Assembly (NCBI GenBank): GCA_963702895.1
Contig: OY969767.1
Span: 128,001-192,000 of the forward strand
Source of the DNA: an uncultured Elusimicrobia bacterium
GTDB lineage: Bacteria; Elusimicrobiota; Elusimicrobia; 2-01-FULL-59-12
Length of the DNA: 64,000 nucleotides
Direction: 5' to 3'
Made by a program: the position numbers and the translations under genes. Under the pieces are notes generated by a model, which did no database searches, was not told the DNA's origin, and saw only the letters and a list, made by a program, of their open reading frames with translations. Below, piece after piece: positions 1 to 11,051 of the stretch; positions within the stretch are counted from its first letter, which is position 1; every line of letters begins with the position of its first letter.

Positions 1-1017
1 CGATCCCGGTCCTTCCAGAGAGCGGTCCTGTATTTTGGGGCCACGCTCTGTTGCGCTCTGTGGGCCCGAGCGGCCGTGGAGCCGGTCTATCTCTCGGAGC
101 TCCCGAACATCAACGACTACTCCCTCTTTGCCAATGGCGGCTGGGATGGAAATTGGTATGTCGGTTACAACAACGCTTGGATCAAGAAACTTCCCGCGGC
201 GCCCAAAGGAAATTTCGTGCGCGCCTATGTCGGCGCGAAGCTCGGTCGCGCCAAAGCGCTTCCTCCCATCGGGCGACCGCCAGAATTTAATCCCATCCCC
301 GGGGAAATCTGGATGGCCGTCTCCTCCGAACCGATCTGGAAGGCAAATCAGCAGTTCAAACTGAGTACGACCTCCGATATTCCGCTCGAACCAAGTCTCG
401 AATACGCCCTGGAGGAGGTGGGGGAGTCTCAGTGGTTTTGGGTCGAAGTGCCGCTCACGTCCATCAACTTTAAGGCAGACAATTACTTGGCGCTCTGGTC
501 TCCCACACCTGCCTTTGTGGGCGTGTCCTCTTCTCCGGTCCTTGCGGCCGGGTGGGGGGGGAAGAATATTTCAGGGTGGCTCGCGGAAAATCTTAAAGGT
601 GAGCCGCCTCGACGACCTGAAGCTTATATGTCCAAGGGACTCTCGTACTTTGCGCCAGCCATCGCCATCAAGCTGATACCGGCTGATCGTCCCCGCCAGC
701 CTGAGGTGCGGCTCAGAGCCTGGAAGAACGGCTCGGAGCAACATCCCAAGCCGGTTGTCATGGTCTCGGTGGAGGGAGACTCCATTGAACGGGTCTGGAT
801 CGAGCGCAATGATCCCATCCGCCGCGGAGACGTGATCCGCGGAAACTGGGTTCAGGTGGGGCGCTCCCTCTGGCGGGCCCCTTATATCTTTTCTGTCGAT
901 CACCGAAAAATCCCGAGAGGGCGCCTGTTACTGAGGGCCTGCGCGACCACGATCTGGGAAGACCTCGGTTGCTCCAATCCCTTTGAAATTGAGGTGAGCG
1001 AAATCCTTGCGAAGTAA
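1..1017 (+). CDS. Hypothetical secreted protein, 5'-partial
   Basis: Frame +1 is open from base 1 through a signal-peptide-like stretch into the 76..1017 ORF; overlaps the next gene. Confidence 0.6.
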   Translation, partial: RSRSFQRAVLYFGATLCCALWARAAVEPVYLSELPNINDYSLFANGGWDGNWYVGYNNAWIKKLPAAPKGNFVRAYVGAKLGRAKALPPIGRPPEFNPIPGEIWMAVSSEPIWKANQQFKLSTTSDIPLEPSLEYALEEVGESQWFWVEVPLTSINFKADNYLALWSPTPAFVGVSSSPVLAAGWGGKNISGWLAENLKGEPPRRPEAYMSKGLSYFAPAIAIKLIPADRPRQPEVRLRAWKNGSEQHPKPVVMVSVEGDSIERVWIERNDPIRRGDVIRGNWVQVGRSLWRAPYIFSVDHRKIPRGRLLLRACATTIWEDLGCSNPFEIEVSEILAK

Positions 1018-1309
1018 GCCTGTCCTCAAGGCGGTCCTGCTTCTTTTGTTACTGGCCGGAGCGGTGGCTTTGTCTGCCGCAGATCCAGTTTCCAAACCTA
1101 AAAAGAAAATGACCCTCCACGATCTGCTCAAGGCCACCGGAACAAGCTCGCGAAGAGCCACGACCGTTGCAGGCGTGCGCGGTCTTGACGAAATGAGTGG
1201 GGATATCGATACGCAGGCCAGAGATTATGAGGCTGTGGACCGGCTTGAAAAAATGAAGATCCAAGATCAAGAACTCAAAGATTTTCTCTTCGAGGGGCTT
1301 CTGAAATGA
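1007..1309 (+). CDS. Hypothetical secreted protein
   Basis: N-terminal hydrophobic signal peptide; overlapping junctions with both neighbours. Confidence 0.65.
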   Translation: MRSKPVLKAVLLLLLLAGAVALSAADPVSKPKKKMTLHDLLKATGTSSRRATTVAGVRGLDEMSGDIDTQARDYEAVDRLEKMKIQDQELKDFLFEGLLK

Positions 1310-2151
1310 GGAATCGACTTCTTTGGGGTGGCGTCCCGGCTGCTCTCTGTTGGGTGGCTTTTCAAGCGCAGGCCTATGATTTTGGAAATCTCGACATGTC
1401 TAAAGTGGTTTCTGGCGGCACCAAGCTCGCCAAAGCGGCGGGTGGCATTTCGGATGCGGAGGAAATGCGGCTTGGACGAGATGTCGCGGCGAACTTCGCC
1501 GCGCGCTACGGGTTTGTGGAGGATGAAGCAACGGTCCGTTATGTCAATTTGGTCGGGCAAGCGCTGGTGCGACACTGTGACCGAAAAAAGATCCCCTATC
1601 ACTTTGCCGTCCTTCGGGTTTCTGAGATCAACGCCATGGCGGCCCCGGGCGGTTACGTTTTTATCACCCAGGGGCTTTTAGACTCTCTCCAGGACGAGGC
1701 GGAGCTCGCTGGAGTGCTCTCTCACGAGATCAGCCATGTCACCCGGCAACACATTGTCAAAGCGATCCGCCAGGCCAATCTGATCGAAGGGACGGAGGAC
1801 CTTGCCTCCGCGACCGGGCATGACATGGACCGGTACGGCAGGATGAGCGATTTCTCGATTAATTTATTGAGCAAAGGGCTTTCGCGGGAGGACGAGCTCG
1901 AGGCCGATAAGCAAGGGACGTGGCTCGCTTCACGAACAGGCTACGATCCGCGAGGCCTCAAACGATCCGTCGAAACACTCGCCGCGAAGGAACAAGCGAA
2001 CTTCTTGCTGGCCCGATTCAACAAGACACATCCACCCGCGTCCGCGCGCCTGGAAGTGATGGATCGCGCTCTGAAGCAGAACAAAGGCCCCACCGGCAAC
2101 CGTCAGAACCCTGAACGTTTCGCCAAGTACACCAAAGGGGCAAAGGGATAG
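1306..2151 (+). CDS. M48 family zinc metallopeptidase (BepA/YfgC-like catalytic domain)
   Basis: NAMAAPGG, HEISH zinc motif, ELEAD, THP motifs; signal peptide. Confidence 0.9.
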   Translation: MRNRLLWGGVPAALCWVAFQAQAYDFGNLDMSKVVSGGTKLAKAAGGISDAEEMRLGRDVAANFAARYGFVEDEATVRYVNLVGQALVRHCDRKKIPYHFAVLRVSEINAMAAPGGYVFITQGLLDSLQDEAELAGVLSHEISHVTRQHIVKAIRQANLIEGTEDLASATGHDMDRYGRMSDFSINLLSKGLSREDELEADKQGTWLASRTGYDPRGLKRSVETLAAKEQANFLLARFNKTHPPASARLEVMDRALKQNKGPTGNRQNPERFAKYTKGAKG

Positions 2152-2155
2152 ATGA

Positions 2156-3415
<1,260 letters not shown>

Positions 3416-3522
3416 AAGACCCCTATTGACAACACAGTTGCTCTCCCACCTGGCGGCGGGAGAGGGGACTAAAAAGTGCAGCCGGCTTAGACGGACAGAG
3501 CCGCTTTGCTGAAGATTCCGGG

Positions 3523-3864
3523 TTAGCCGATAGCTTCCGAGCCGGTTTCACCTGTGCGGATCCGGATGACGTCCTTTAAGTCCAGCACAAAGATCTTCCC
3601 GTCACCGATCACGCCCGTATGGCCGCCTTTTTGGATGGCCTCGATCGCGGGTTTCACGAATTCCTGGTTAACGGCGATCTCCAGTTTCACTTTTTTGAGG
3701 AGACTGCCGGCTTCTTTGTGGCTCCGATACACCTCGCTGATGCCCTTCTGGCGGCCGCGTCCCATCACCTGCGAGACGGTCACCAGATGAATCTCCGCAT
3801 CTTCGAGTTTCTTTAAAACATCGTCTAAACGGTCAGGCTGGATGATCGCGATGATATATTTCAT
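3523..3864 (-). CDS. glnK: P-II nitrogen regulatory protein
   Basis: GRGRQKG, GDGKIFV, IRIRTGE motifs; adjacent to amtB. Confidence 0.93.
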   Translation of the reverse strand: MKYIIAIIQPDRLDDVLKKLEDAEIHLVTVSQVMGRGRQKGISEVYRSHKEAGSLLKKVKLEIAVNQEFVKPAIEAIQKGGHTGVIGDGKIFVLDLKDVIRIRTGETGSEAIG

Positions 3865-3876
3865 GGTGTTCTCCTC

Positions 3877-5139
3877 TTAGTCCAGAAGGGTATAGCCGGA
3901 TTCCCGGTGCTGCGTCAGGTCAAGGCCAATGCGCTCAGATTGCTCTGAGACGCGCAGACCGACGAGGTAATCGACGGCCTTCAGCAGGATCCATGTCATC
4001 GCCAGGGAATACAGGGCGGTCGCGAGCACCGCCTTGAGTTGAATGAGCACGAGGCCGGGGTTGCCATAAAAGAGTCCGTCATTGCCGGCAGAGTTCACGG
4101 CTTTGGTCGCCCAAAAGCCCGTCGCAAGCGCGCCCCACATCCCTCCAACGCCATGTACGCCAAAGGCGTCCAATGAGTCGTCATAGCCGAATTTGGATTT
4201 GACGACCGCGATGGAGACATAACAGATCGCGGAAACACCGATGCCGATGCCCAGCGCTCCCCAGATGTTCACAAAACCCGCGGCAGGCGTGATCGCGACA
4301 AGGCCCGCCACGATACCTGTAATCATGCCGAGCATCGTGGGATGCTTGTTGAAGATCCAGTCGAGGATTGCCCAGGTGAGTCCCGCCACGGCAGCGGCCG
4401 TGTGCGTGACCACAAAGGCGTTCGTCGCCAGGCCGCCTGAGGAGAGCGCGCTCCCCGCGTTAAAGCCAAACCATCCGAACCATAAGATTCCCGCGCCCAG
4501 GACCGCAAACGGCAGGTTATGAGGCGGAGACATGTGCGTCGGATAGCCCTGTCGCTTACCCAGAACAAGGGCCGTGACGAGGGCCGCGACCCCGGCATTG
4601 ACATGCACGACAGTGCCGCCCGCAAAGTCGAGGGCCCCGGAGTTGCGCAGGAATCCTCCCACGCCCCACACCCAGTGCGCGACCGGGTCATACACCAGGG
4701 TTGACCAGAGCAGCGTGAACAGGCAGTAAGCGCTGAATTTCATGCGCTCGGCGAAAGCGCCCAGGATCAAAGCCGGCGTGATGATAGCGAACATGGCTTG
4801 GTAGATCATGAAGGCTTGGTGGGGGATGGTCCCCGCGTAGTCGACATTCGGTTCCAGGCCGACATTCCGAAGACCTGCCCAGGCGAGCGTCCCAATCCAG
4901 CCGCCATGGTCGGGCCCAAACGAGAGGCTATAGCCCAACAAGACCCACTGCACCGACACGAGGCAGGCGGCCATCATGCACTGCATGAGGATCGATAGGA
5001 TGTTTTTCTTGCGTACAAGGCCGCCGTAGAAAAAGGCAAGGCCTGGCGTCATGAGAAAGACCAAGGCGGCACTCACCAAAATCCAGGCTGTGTCGCCGGC
5101 ATTCACCGTGATGTTCATCATGGGTTCAATTCCTTTCAT
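3877..5139 (-). CDS. amtB: Ammonium transporter
   Basis: DFAGGTVVH, WFGWFGFN, DDSLDAFGVH motifs; start could be 5121/5118. Confidence 0.97.
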   Translation of the reverse strand: MKGIEPMMNITVNAGDTAWILVSAALVFLMTPGLAFFYGGLVRKKNILSILMQCMMAACLVSVQWVLLGYSLSFGPDHGGWIGTLAWAGLRNVGLEPNVDYAGTIPHQAFMIYQAMFAIITPALILGAFAERMKFSAYCLFTLLWSTLVYDPVAHWVWGVGGFLRNSGALDFAGGTVVHVNAGVAALVTALVLGKRQGYPTHMSPPHNLPFAVLGAGILWFGWFGFNAGSALSSGGLATNAFVVTHTAAAVAGLTWAILDWIFNKHPTMLGMITGIVAGLVAITPAAGFVNIWGALGIGIGVSAICYVSIAVVKSKFGYDDSLDAFGVHGVGGMWGALATGFWATKAVNSAGNDGLFYGNPGLVLIQLKAVLATALYSLAMTWILLKAVDYLVGLRVSEQSERIGLDLTQHRESGYTLLD

Positions 5140-5340
5140 AGCAGAAGTGTTGTGATGCGTTGAATATGGCAGCTGTTATTGGATGGACGCCTTCGTCCTC
5201 CCCATCTGAGGCGATGGGGGCCCAGCTCCAAGCGCATATCACGCTTGCCGGCACTTCGGTGTGCGCGCGTTCAAGTTATGTCAAATCGTCCTAAAGGATG
5301 TCAAATGGCGGCTTGGAATTTTGAACTTATCCGCAAACCT

Positions 5341-5486
5341 CCTTCTCCCGTCCGTAGGATGGGAGAAGGCTGGGATGAGGGTACGTGATCCAAGAAAGAT
5401 CGCCCCTCACCCCCCGCCTCGCCAGAAGTCCGGCGAGTCGCCGGCAGTCTTGGCGACCTCTCCCATGCTTCGCACGGGAGAGGGGG
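5341..5486. repeat. REP-A doublet with extra hairpins inserted in the right arm
   Basis: CCTTCTCCC..GGGAGAAGG, GATGAGGG/CCCTCACC, CTCTCCC..GGGAGAGG. Confidence 0.8.
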
Positions 5487-5503
5487 GTTGTTTGGATAAC
5501 TTC

Positions 5504-6547
5504 CTAACAGATGCGGGGGAGAGGCTCGCCGCTGAGCATGTCCAGGATCCTGGTCGGTCCCAGGCTGGTCCGGAGCGTGACGCGACCCTGCCCAGAGACG
5601 CTTTCCGCCACACGGCCGATGAGAGCGGGCCGCGTGTCACCGGGGTGCTTGGCGAGCACCTTGAGCGCACGCTCGGTATCTTTGGAAGCGACAAAAGCGC
5701 AAAAGCGGCCTTCGTTGGCGACATAAAACGGATCAATTCCCAGAATCTCGCAAGCGCCGCGCACGTCTTCCCGCAGTGGAATATCGGATTCCACCAACTG
5801 AATTTCCATATGGGCGTCACCGGCAATCTCGTTGAGCGCGCTGCTCAGGCCCCCGCGGGTCAAATCGCGCAGGCAATGGACCTCCACCCCGGCGGCCAAA
5901 AGGGCTTCGACCGGTTTCCAGAGCGGCGCGCAGTCGCTCTTGATCTGGCTTTCGAACGCCAGGCCTTCCCGGACCGCCATGATCGCCATGCCATGGCGCC
6001 CCAGATCGCCGTTCACAAGAACCCCGTCGCCGGGGCGGATGCGCGAGGGGAGAATCGGGGACTTTGGATCGAGCACGAGCCCAATTCCAGCCGTGTTGAT
6101 GTAGAGCCCATCGCCTTTGCCGCGGTTGACCACTTTGGTGTCGCCGGTCACGAGCCTGACCCCGGCCTCTTCCGCCGCTTGCTTCATGGACTGGATCACC
6201 TTCCAGAGCGTGTCCATGTCGAGGCCCTCTTCCAGAATGAACCCGCAGGAGAGATACAAAGGCCTGGCCCCGCACATGGCCAGGTCGTTGACCGTTCCGT
6301 TGACCGCCAGCGTCCCGATATCGCCACCCGGGAAAAAGAGCGGGCTTACGACAAACGAATCGGTGGTAAAGGCCAGGCTCTCCTTACCAAAGGTCAAAAC
6401 GGCCCCATCGTGGAGTTTCTTGAGGGTACCGGTTTGGAAGGCCGGGACAATCATCTTGTCGATGAGCTGCCGCATGAGCGTCCCGCCGCCGCCGTGGGCC
6501 AGGAGCACCTTGGGATAATTTTGAATGGGCAAAGGGCATTGGATCAT
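5504..6547 (-). CDS. hypE: Hydrogenase maturation carbamoyl dehydratase
   Basis: HGGGG, TTDSFVV, RDLTRGG, C-terminal PRIC; GAGGAG RBS before ATG 6547. Confidence 0.95.
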   Translation of the reverse strand: MIQCPLPIQNYPKVLLAHGGGGTLMRQLIDKMIVPAFQTGTLKKLHDGAVLTFGKESLAFTTDSFVVSPLFFPGGDIGTLAVNGTVNDLAMCGARPLYLSCGFILEEGLDMDTLWKVIQSMKQAAEEAGVRLVTGDTKVVNRGKGDGLYINTAGIGLVLDPKSPILPSRIRPGDGVLVNGDLGRHGMAIMAVREGLAFESQIKSDCAPLWKPVEALLAAGVEVHCLRDLTRGGLSSALNEIAGDAHMEIQLVESDIPLREDVRGACEILGIDPFYVANEGRFCAFVASKDTERALKVLAKHPGDTRPALIGRVAESVSGQGRVTLRTSLGPTRILDMLSGEPLPRIC

Positions 6548-6596
6548 GACTAACTCCTCACGTGTGCTACTAGGGACTGTGTATGTACTACTTGTC

Positions 6597-6679
6597 GTCA
6601 CCCCGGCGGATTGTTAGCCGGGGTCTATCATCGACGTGAAAGAAATGATGGATCCCGGCTAACGACATGCCGGGATGAC
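6597..6679. repeat. REP-B doublet (GTCAYCCCGG..CCGGGRTCYAT / ATRGAYCCCGG..CCGGGRTGAC)
   Basis: Two inverted hairpin units between hypE and hypD. Confidence 0.9.
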
Positions 6680-6697
6680 GTCGACAATAGACTAACT

Positions 6698-7807
6698 TCA
6701 TACTCCCGCGACTTTCTGGGGCCCATGGCGCCGGTATCGGTAATAGGCCGCGCAGGCGCCTTCGGACGAGACCATCGTGGCCCCGAGGGGTTTGTCCGGC
6801 GTGCAGCGCGTTCCGAAGGCAGGGCATTCTGCCGGTTTCTTGAGACCCTGCAGCACAAGACCGCTAATACATTCGGGGGATTCCTCGGCCGTCACGCTCT
6901 GCACGGCAAAGCGCTCCTCGGCGTCATACGAGCGATAGGCTTCCGTCAGCCCGAGGCCGCTTTGGGGAATCTCGCCGATGCCGCGCCACTTGCGGGGGAC
7001 GATCCGGAAGACCTCGCGGAGCACCTGCAGCGCCTTTTCGTTTCCTTCGCGCCGGACCGCTCGGCTGTACTGATTTTCGACCTCGGCGCGCCCCTCTTCC
7101 AATTGTTGGACGCACATCAGGACGCCTTGAAGGATATCCATCGGCTCAAATCCCGTGACGACGATGGGGACGTGATACTTCTTCGCCAGCGGCTCATACT
7201 CCGTATAACCCATGATCGTGCAGACGTGGCCCGCGGCCAGGAACCCCTGCACGCGGTTGTTGGGGGACGAAAGAATAGCCTCCATCGCGGGCGGCACGAT
7301 GACGTGGGAAACCAGAACGGAAAAATTGCGAATCCCTTCGCGCTTCGCCTGAAGCACCGCCATGGCATTGGCCGGCGCCGTGGTTTCAAAACCCACCGCG
7401 AAGAACACGACCTCCCGGTCCGGGTGCTGCCTGGCCAGAGCCAGCGCGTCGAGCGGCGAATAGACGATCCTCACGTCGCCCCCGGCCGCCGAAACAGAGA
7501 AAAGATCCGATTGCGATCCCGGCACGCGCAGCATGTCTCCATAGGAACAGAAGATGACCTTCGGCTTGGAGGCGATGGCGATGGCTTTGTCGATCAGCTC
7601 CAAGGAGGTCACACAGACAGGACATCCGGGTCCGTGAACGAGCGAGAGCGTCTTGGGCAGGAGTTCATCGATGCCGAACTTGACGATGGCGTGCGTCTGT
7701 CCCCCGCAGATTTCCATGAGCGTCCAGGGCCGCTTCGCGACGCGCTGGATTTCACGCGCCAGGAGCCGGGCGCCGGCGGCGTCACGGTATTCGTCGAGAT
7801 ATTTCAT
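6698..7807 (-). CDS. hypD: Hydrogenase maturation protein
   Basis: [28 protein letters not shown]. Confidence 0.97.
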   Translation of the reverse strand: MKYLDEYRDAAGARLLAREIQRVAKRPWTLMEICGGQTHAIVKFGIDELLPKTLSLVHGPGCPVCVTSLELIDKAIAIASKPKVIFCSYGDMLRVPGSQSDLFSVSAAGGDVRIVYSPLDALALARQHPDREVVFFAVGFETTAPANAMAVLQAKREGIRNFSVLVSHVIVPPAMEAILSSPNNRVQGFLAAGHVCTIMGYTEYEPLAKKYHVPIVVTGFEPMDILQGVLMCVQQLEEGRAEVENQYSRAVRREGNEKALQVLREVFRIVPRKWRGIGEIPQSGLGLTEAYRSYDAEERFAVQSVTAEESPECISGLVLQGLKKPAECPAFGTRCTPDKPLGATMVSSEGACAAYYRYRRHGPQKVAGV

Positions 7808-8058
7808 GAGCCTCCTGCTTCGAGCTCGCGCAGCTCTTCCATCTGCCTTAAATACTCAAAAACCTGGGCGGCTTCCTTTTCATCCACCGTGCTGATCGCG
7901 AACCCCACATGGACAATGACGTAATCGCCGAGCTTCGCCTGGGGCGCGTAGGCGAGGTTCACGTCCTTGACGATTCCGCCAAAGCTGACGCGCGCCTGGC
8001 GCGTCAGGGGATCATCGCCGTCAATACTGAGGATCTTTCCGGGGATGCCGAGGCACAT
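7804..8058 (-). CDS. hypC: Hydrogenase assembly chaperone
   Basis: MCLGIP N-terminus, VHVGFA. Confidence 0.96.
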   Translation of the reverse strand: MCLGIPGKILSIDGDDPLTRQARVSFGGIVKDVNLAYAPQAKLGDYVIVHVGFAISTVDEKEAAQVFEYLRQMEELRELEAGGS

Positions 8059-10367
8059 CAGTCTCTCCTTTTCTCACGCAGGGCCGCCATCACCTGGCCC
8101 AGGGAAATCCCGCCATCGTTGGGCGGTATCCGCTGGTGCCAGTAGGGCTGAAAATTCTCGTCCTGGAGCCGCGTGACGGCGCGTTCGGTCAAAAGGCGGT
8201 TTTGAAAACAACCGCCGCTCAGCGCCACTCTCGGTTCACCGCAGCGCCGGGCAACCGCCACGATCGCTTCCACGAGTGTATGATGAAATTGCCCCGCAAT
8301 GCGAGCCGCCGGGACCCCCGCACGAAGTTCATCTAAAATCGTCCGGACCATCGGCTCCCAATCCACGATGAGCCCGTCGCCAGGCGCCTCCCTCACTTCA
8401 AAGGGATAGACCCCCTGGGCCTCCGAGTTGGCAGCGGCAAACTCAAGCGCCATGGCCGCCTGAGCTTCAAACCGGTTTTCCTGCGCGAGGTTTAAGAGCG
8501 ACGCGATTGCGTCAAAGAGCCGCCCGGCGCTGGAGGTCCGGGGACTGTTGATGTTCTGCTTGAGCATCGTCCGCAGGATGGCCTTTTCATGCTCAGAAAT
8601 CGAGCGGAAAGGCGCAAGATCCATCCGGCTGAACACATGGTCACCGTCCATTTCATAGAGCAGTCCTATCGCGGAACGAGCTGTTTTTTCAATCGCTTTT
8701 TCACCGCCAGGGAGGGGGAATTCGCGGAAATGAGCGAAACGCTCAAATCCCTGTTCCTTTATAAGGAGAAATTCGCCGCCCCAAATCCCCTGATCGAGCC
8801 CGCATCCTGTTCCATCCCAGGCAATCCCAAGGGCGGGCGCTTCCACCTCGTTTTCCGCCATGCAGGACAGGACATGAGCATAGTGATGCTGGACATGAAC
8901 CACCGGCAGCCCGGAGGATTCGGCGTAACTCGTGGAAAGGTAATCGGGGTGCAGATCACAGGCCACCGCTTCCGGGACCACCTCATAGAGGGCCTTCAAA
9001 TCCCGGATGGCTTTTTCGAACGCGTCATAGGCGGCTGTTGTCTGCAGATCGCCAAGATGAGGGCTCAAAACCACCGAAGCGCCGGCGGTCACGGCGACCG
9101 TGTTCTTCAAATGAGCCCCGACGGCCAGCAGCGGGCGTGCGTTCACCCGAAGCGGCACCGGAAGGGGGGCATAGCCGCGCGCGCGGCGGAGGATGCTTTC
9201 GCGCTCCAACAGAACACGCGCCACCGAATCGTCCACATAACGCTGGATCGGACGGTTGTTGACGAGAAACAGATCGGCGATGCCGCCCAGACGCTCGAGA
9301 GCTTCCGGCGGCGAGATGCAGATCGGTTCTTCAGAGACATTGCCGCTCGTCGCGACGACCGTGAACTGAAGCTCGGCCATCAAGAGATGGTGGAGGGGGG
9401 AATACGGAAGCATGACGCCCAAACAGGGATTGCGGGGGGCCGCGTGGCTGGCGATATCGATCCCGGGGTGGGCGTCCAACAACACAATCGGCGCCTCCGG
9501 CGACAGAAGAAGCTGCTCCTCCAGCGAGGATATCGCGCATAAGGAGCGCGCCTCCTCCAGCGATGGGCACATGACGGCAAAAGGTTTTTCATCGCGGCGC
9601 TTGCGTCGCCGGAGTTCCTGGACCGCGCCGGGGTTTCGCGCGTCCACCAGCAGCTGAAATCCGCCGATCCCCTGGAGCGCGATGATCTTCCCGGTCCGAA
9701 GAGCCTCGGCGGCCGCCAAAAGGGCATCGTGTTCCCGCGCCAACACCCGGCCCTCCCGGTTCCAGGCGGCCAGACGAGGGCCACAGGAGGGGCAGGCATT
9801 AGGCTGCGCGTGAAACCGGCGATCCTGGGGGGTGTCGTACTCCTCCTGGCATGGTCGGCACATCACGAATGTCTTCATCGTTGTGCGCGACCGGTCGTAC
9901 GGCAGGGATTCAAGAATCGAATAACGCGGACCGCAGTGGGTGCAGTTGATAAACGGGTACCGGAATCGGCGGTTCTTCGGATCCAACAGCTCTGTCAAGC
10001 AGTCTGAGCAGGTGGCGATGTCCGGCAGCGCCCAGGCGGTCTTGTGACCCTCCGGTTCGCTTTCCCGGATTTCAAAGCGCCGATAGCCTTGGGGGTCCAG
10101 ATAAACCGATTCCGTTCCCTGGACGTGTGCCCGGGGAGGCTTTTCGGCGAGCAGGCGCTCGCGAAAGAGCTGGAGCGCCTGGAGGGGGCCTTCCACTTCC
10201 AGGCGAACGCCGTCCGCTCCGTTGGAGACCCACCCGCAGAGGTTCAGTTCCTGGGCCAATCGATAGACAAAAGGGCGAAAACCCACGCCCTGCACGGCCC
10301 CGCGGACCTGGAGACGAAGCCGCTGCTCGTCATGCTGGCCGGACTTGGATGAAGCGCTTGGAATCAT
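8058..10367 (-). CDS. hypF: Carbamoyltransferase
   Basis: VQGVGFRPFVY acylphosphatase domain, CxxC zinc fingers, HHYAH, PNDGGISLGQ. Confidence 0.97.
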   Translation of the reverse strand: MIPSASSKSGQHDEQRLRLQVRGAVQGVGFRPFVYRLAQELNLCGWVSNGADGVRLEVEGPLQALQLFRERLLAEKPPRAHVQGTESVYLDPQGYRRFEIRESEPEGHKTAWALPDIATCSDCLTELLDPKNRRFRYPFINCTHCGPRYSILESLPYDRSRTTMKTFVMCRPCQEEYDTPQDRRFHAQPNACPSCGPRLAAWNREGRVLAREHDALLAAAEALRTGKIIALQGIGGFQLLVDARNPGAVQELRRRKRRDEKPFAVMCPSLEEARSLCAISSLEEQLLLSPEAPIVLLDAHPGIDIASHAAPRNPCLGVMLPYSPLHHLLMAELQFTVVATSGNVSEEPICISPPEALERLGGIADLFLVNNRPIQRYVDDSVARVLLERESILRRARGYAPLPVPLRVNARPLLAVGAHLKNTVAVTAGASVVLSPHLGDLQTTAAYDAFEKAIRDLKALYEVVPEAVACDLHPDYLSTSYAESSGLPVVHVQHHYAHVLSCMAENEVEAPALGIAWDGTGCGLDQGIWGGEFLLIKEQGFERFAHFREFPLPGGEKAIEKTARSAIGLLYEMDGDHVFSRMDLAPFRSISEHEKAILRTMLKQNINSPRTSSAGRLFDAIASLLNLAQENRFEAQAAMALEFAAANSEAQGVYPFEVREAPGDGLIVDWEPMVRTILDELRAGVPAARIAGQFHHTLVEAIVAVARRCGEPRVALSGGCFQNRLLTERAVTRLQDENFQPYWHQRIPPNDGGISLGQVMAALREKRRD

Positions 10368-10485
10368 GGCCTTGTCTCAACAAATGAAAGTCAGTACTTA
10401 GGATATCAGACACACGGCTGATTTCTGATATCATGATGAAGCTTCTTGGCAACAACCCCAGCGGCTCATGGTGGAGCCGCTTTCC

Positions 10486-10509
10486 AATTTATGATGTGCA
10501 TCATAAATT
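10486..10509. promoter_or_regulatory. Perfect palindromic operator (Rex- or CRP/FNR-type geometry) in the hyp/hox divergent region
   Basis: AATTTATGATG-TG-CATCATAAATT upstream of an extended -10 (TGGTACGAT) and hoxE. Confidence 0.6.
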
Positions 10510-10553
10510 AAAATCGTAGGCCTCTGGTACGATCCGGCAAAAGGAGAGTCAGG

Positions 10554-11051
10554 ATGGTTTCATTTTTAACAAAGCCCGCGGCACCCAGCCAGGACGTTCG
10601 CTGGAAGCTCGTTGAGGCCACGATGCGGCGTCATGGGAACCAGTCGGACGCCCTCATCGAGACCCTCCATGCGGTTCAAGAATCGTTTGGCTATCTTGAT
10701 GAGGTGTCGCTCAAGTTTGCGGCCGAGAGCCTGCATGTCCCGTTGAGCCGCGTCTATGGCGTGGCGACCTTTTACCACCTTTTTACCATGCGCCCTCCCG
10801 GCAAACACACCTGCGTGGTGTGCCTGGGGACGGCCTGTTATATTCGCGGCGCTCAGGCCATCATCGATCGCGTTGGCCAAGCCTATCAGGTCAAGCCTGG
10901 AGAAACCACGGATGATAAAGCGCTCTCCTTTTTAACGGCCCGCTGTCTTGGCTCCTGCGGGCTGGCCCCCGCCGTTGTGTTTGACGGGGCTGTGGCCGGC
11001 AAGCTCACGCCCGAAAGCGTCCAAGAACGCGTCCAAAAGATGATCTCATGA
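10554..11051 (+). CDS. hoxE: Bidirectional hydrogenase diaphorase subunit E
   Basis: NuoE-like; CLGTAC and CLGSC [2Fe-2S] motifs. Confidence 0.93.
   Translation: MVSFLTKPAAPSQDVRWKLVEATMRRHGNQSDALIETLHAVQESFGYLDEVSLKFAAESLHVPLSRVYGVATFYHLFTMRPPGKHTCVVCLGTACYIRGAQAIIDRVGQAYQVKPGETTDDKALSFLTARCLGSCGLAPAVVFDGAVAGKLTPESVQERVQKMIS

Noticed and set aside
5261..7924. Long + strand ORFs (430 and 437 aa) opposite hypE/hypD
   Set aside because: Antisense shadows from GC-rich codon bias; no motifs
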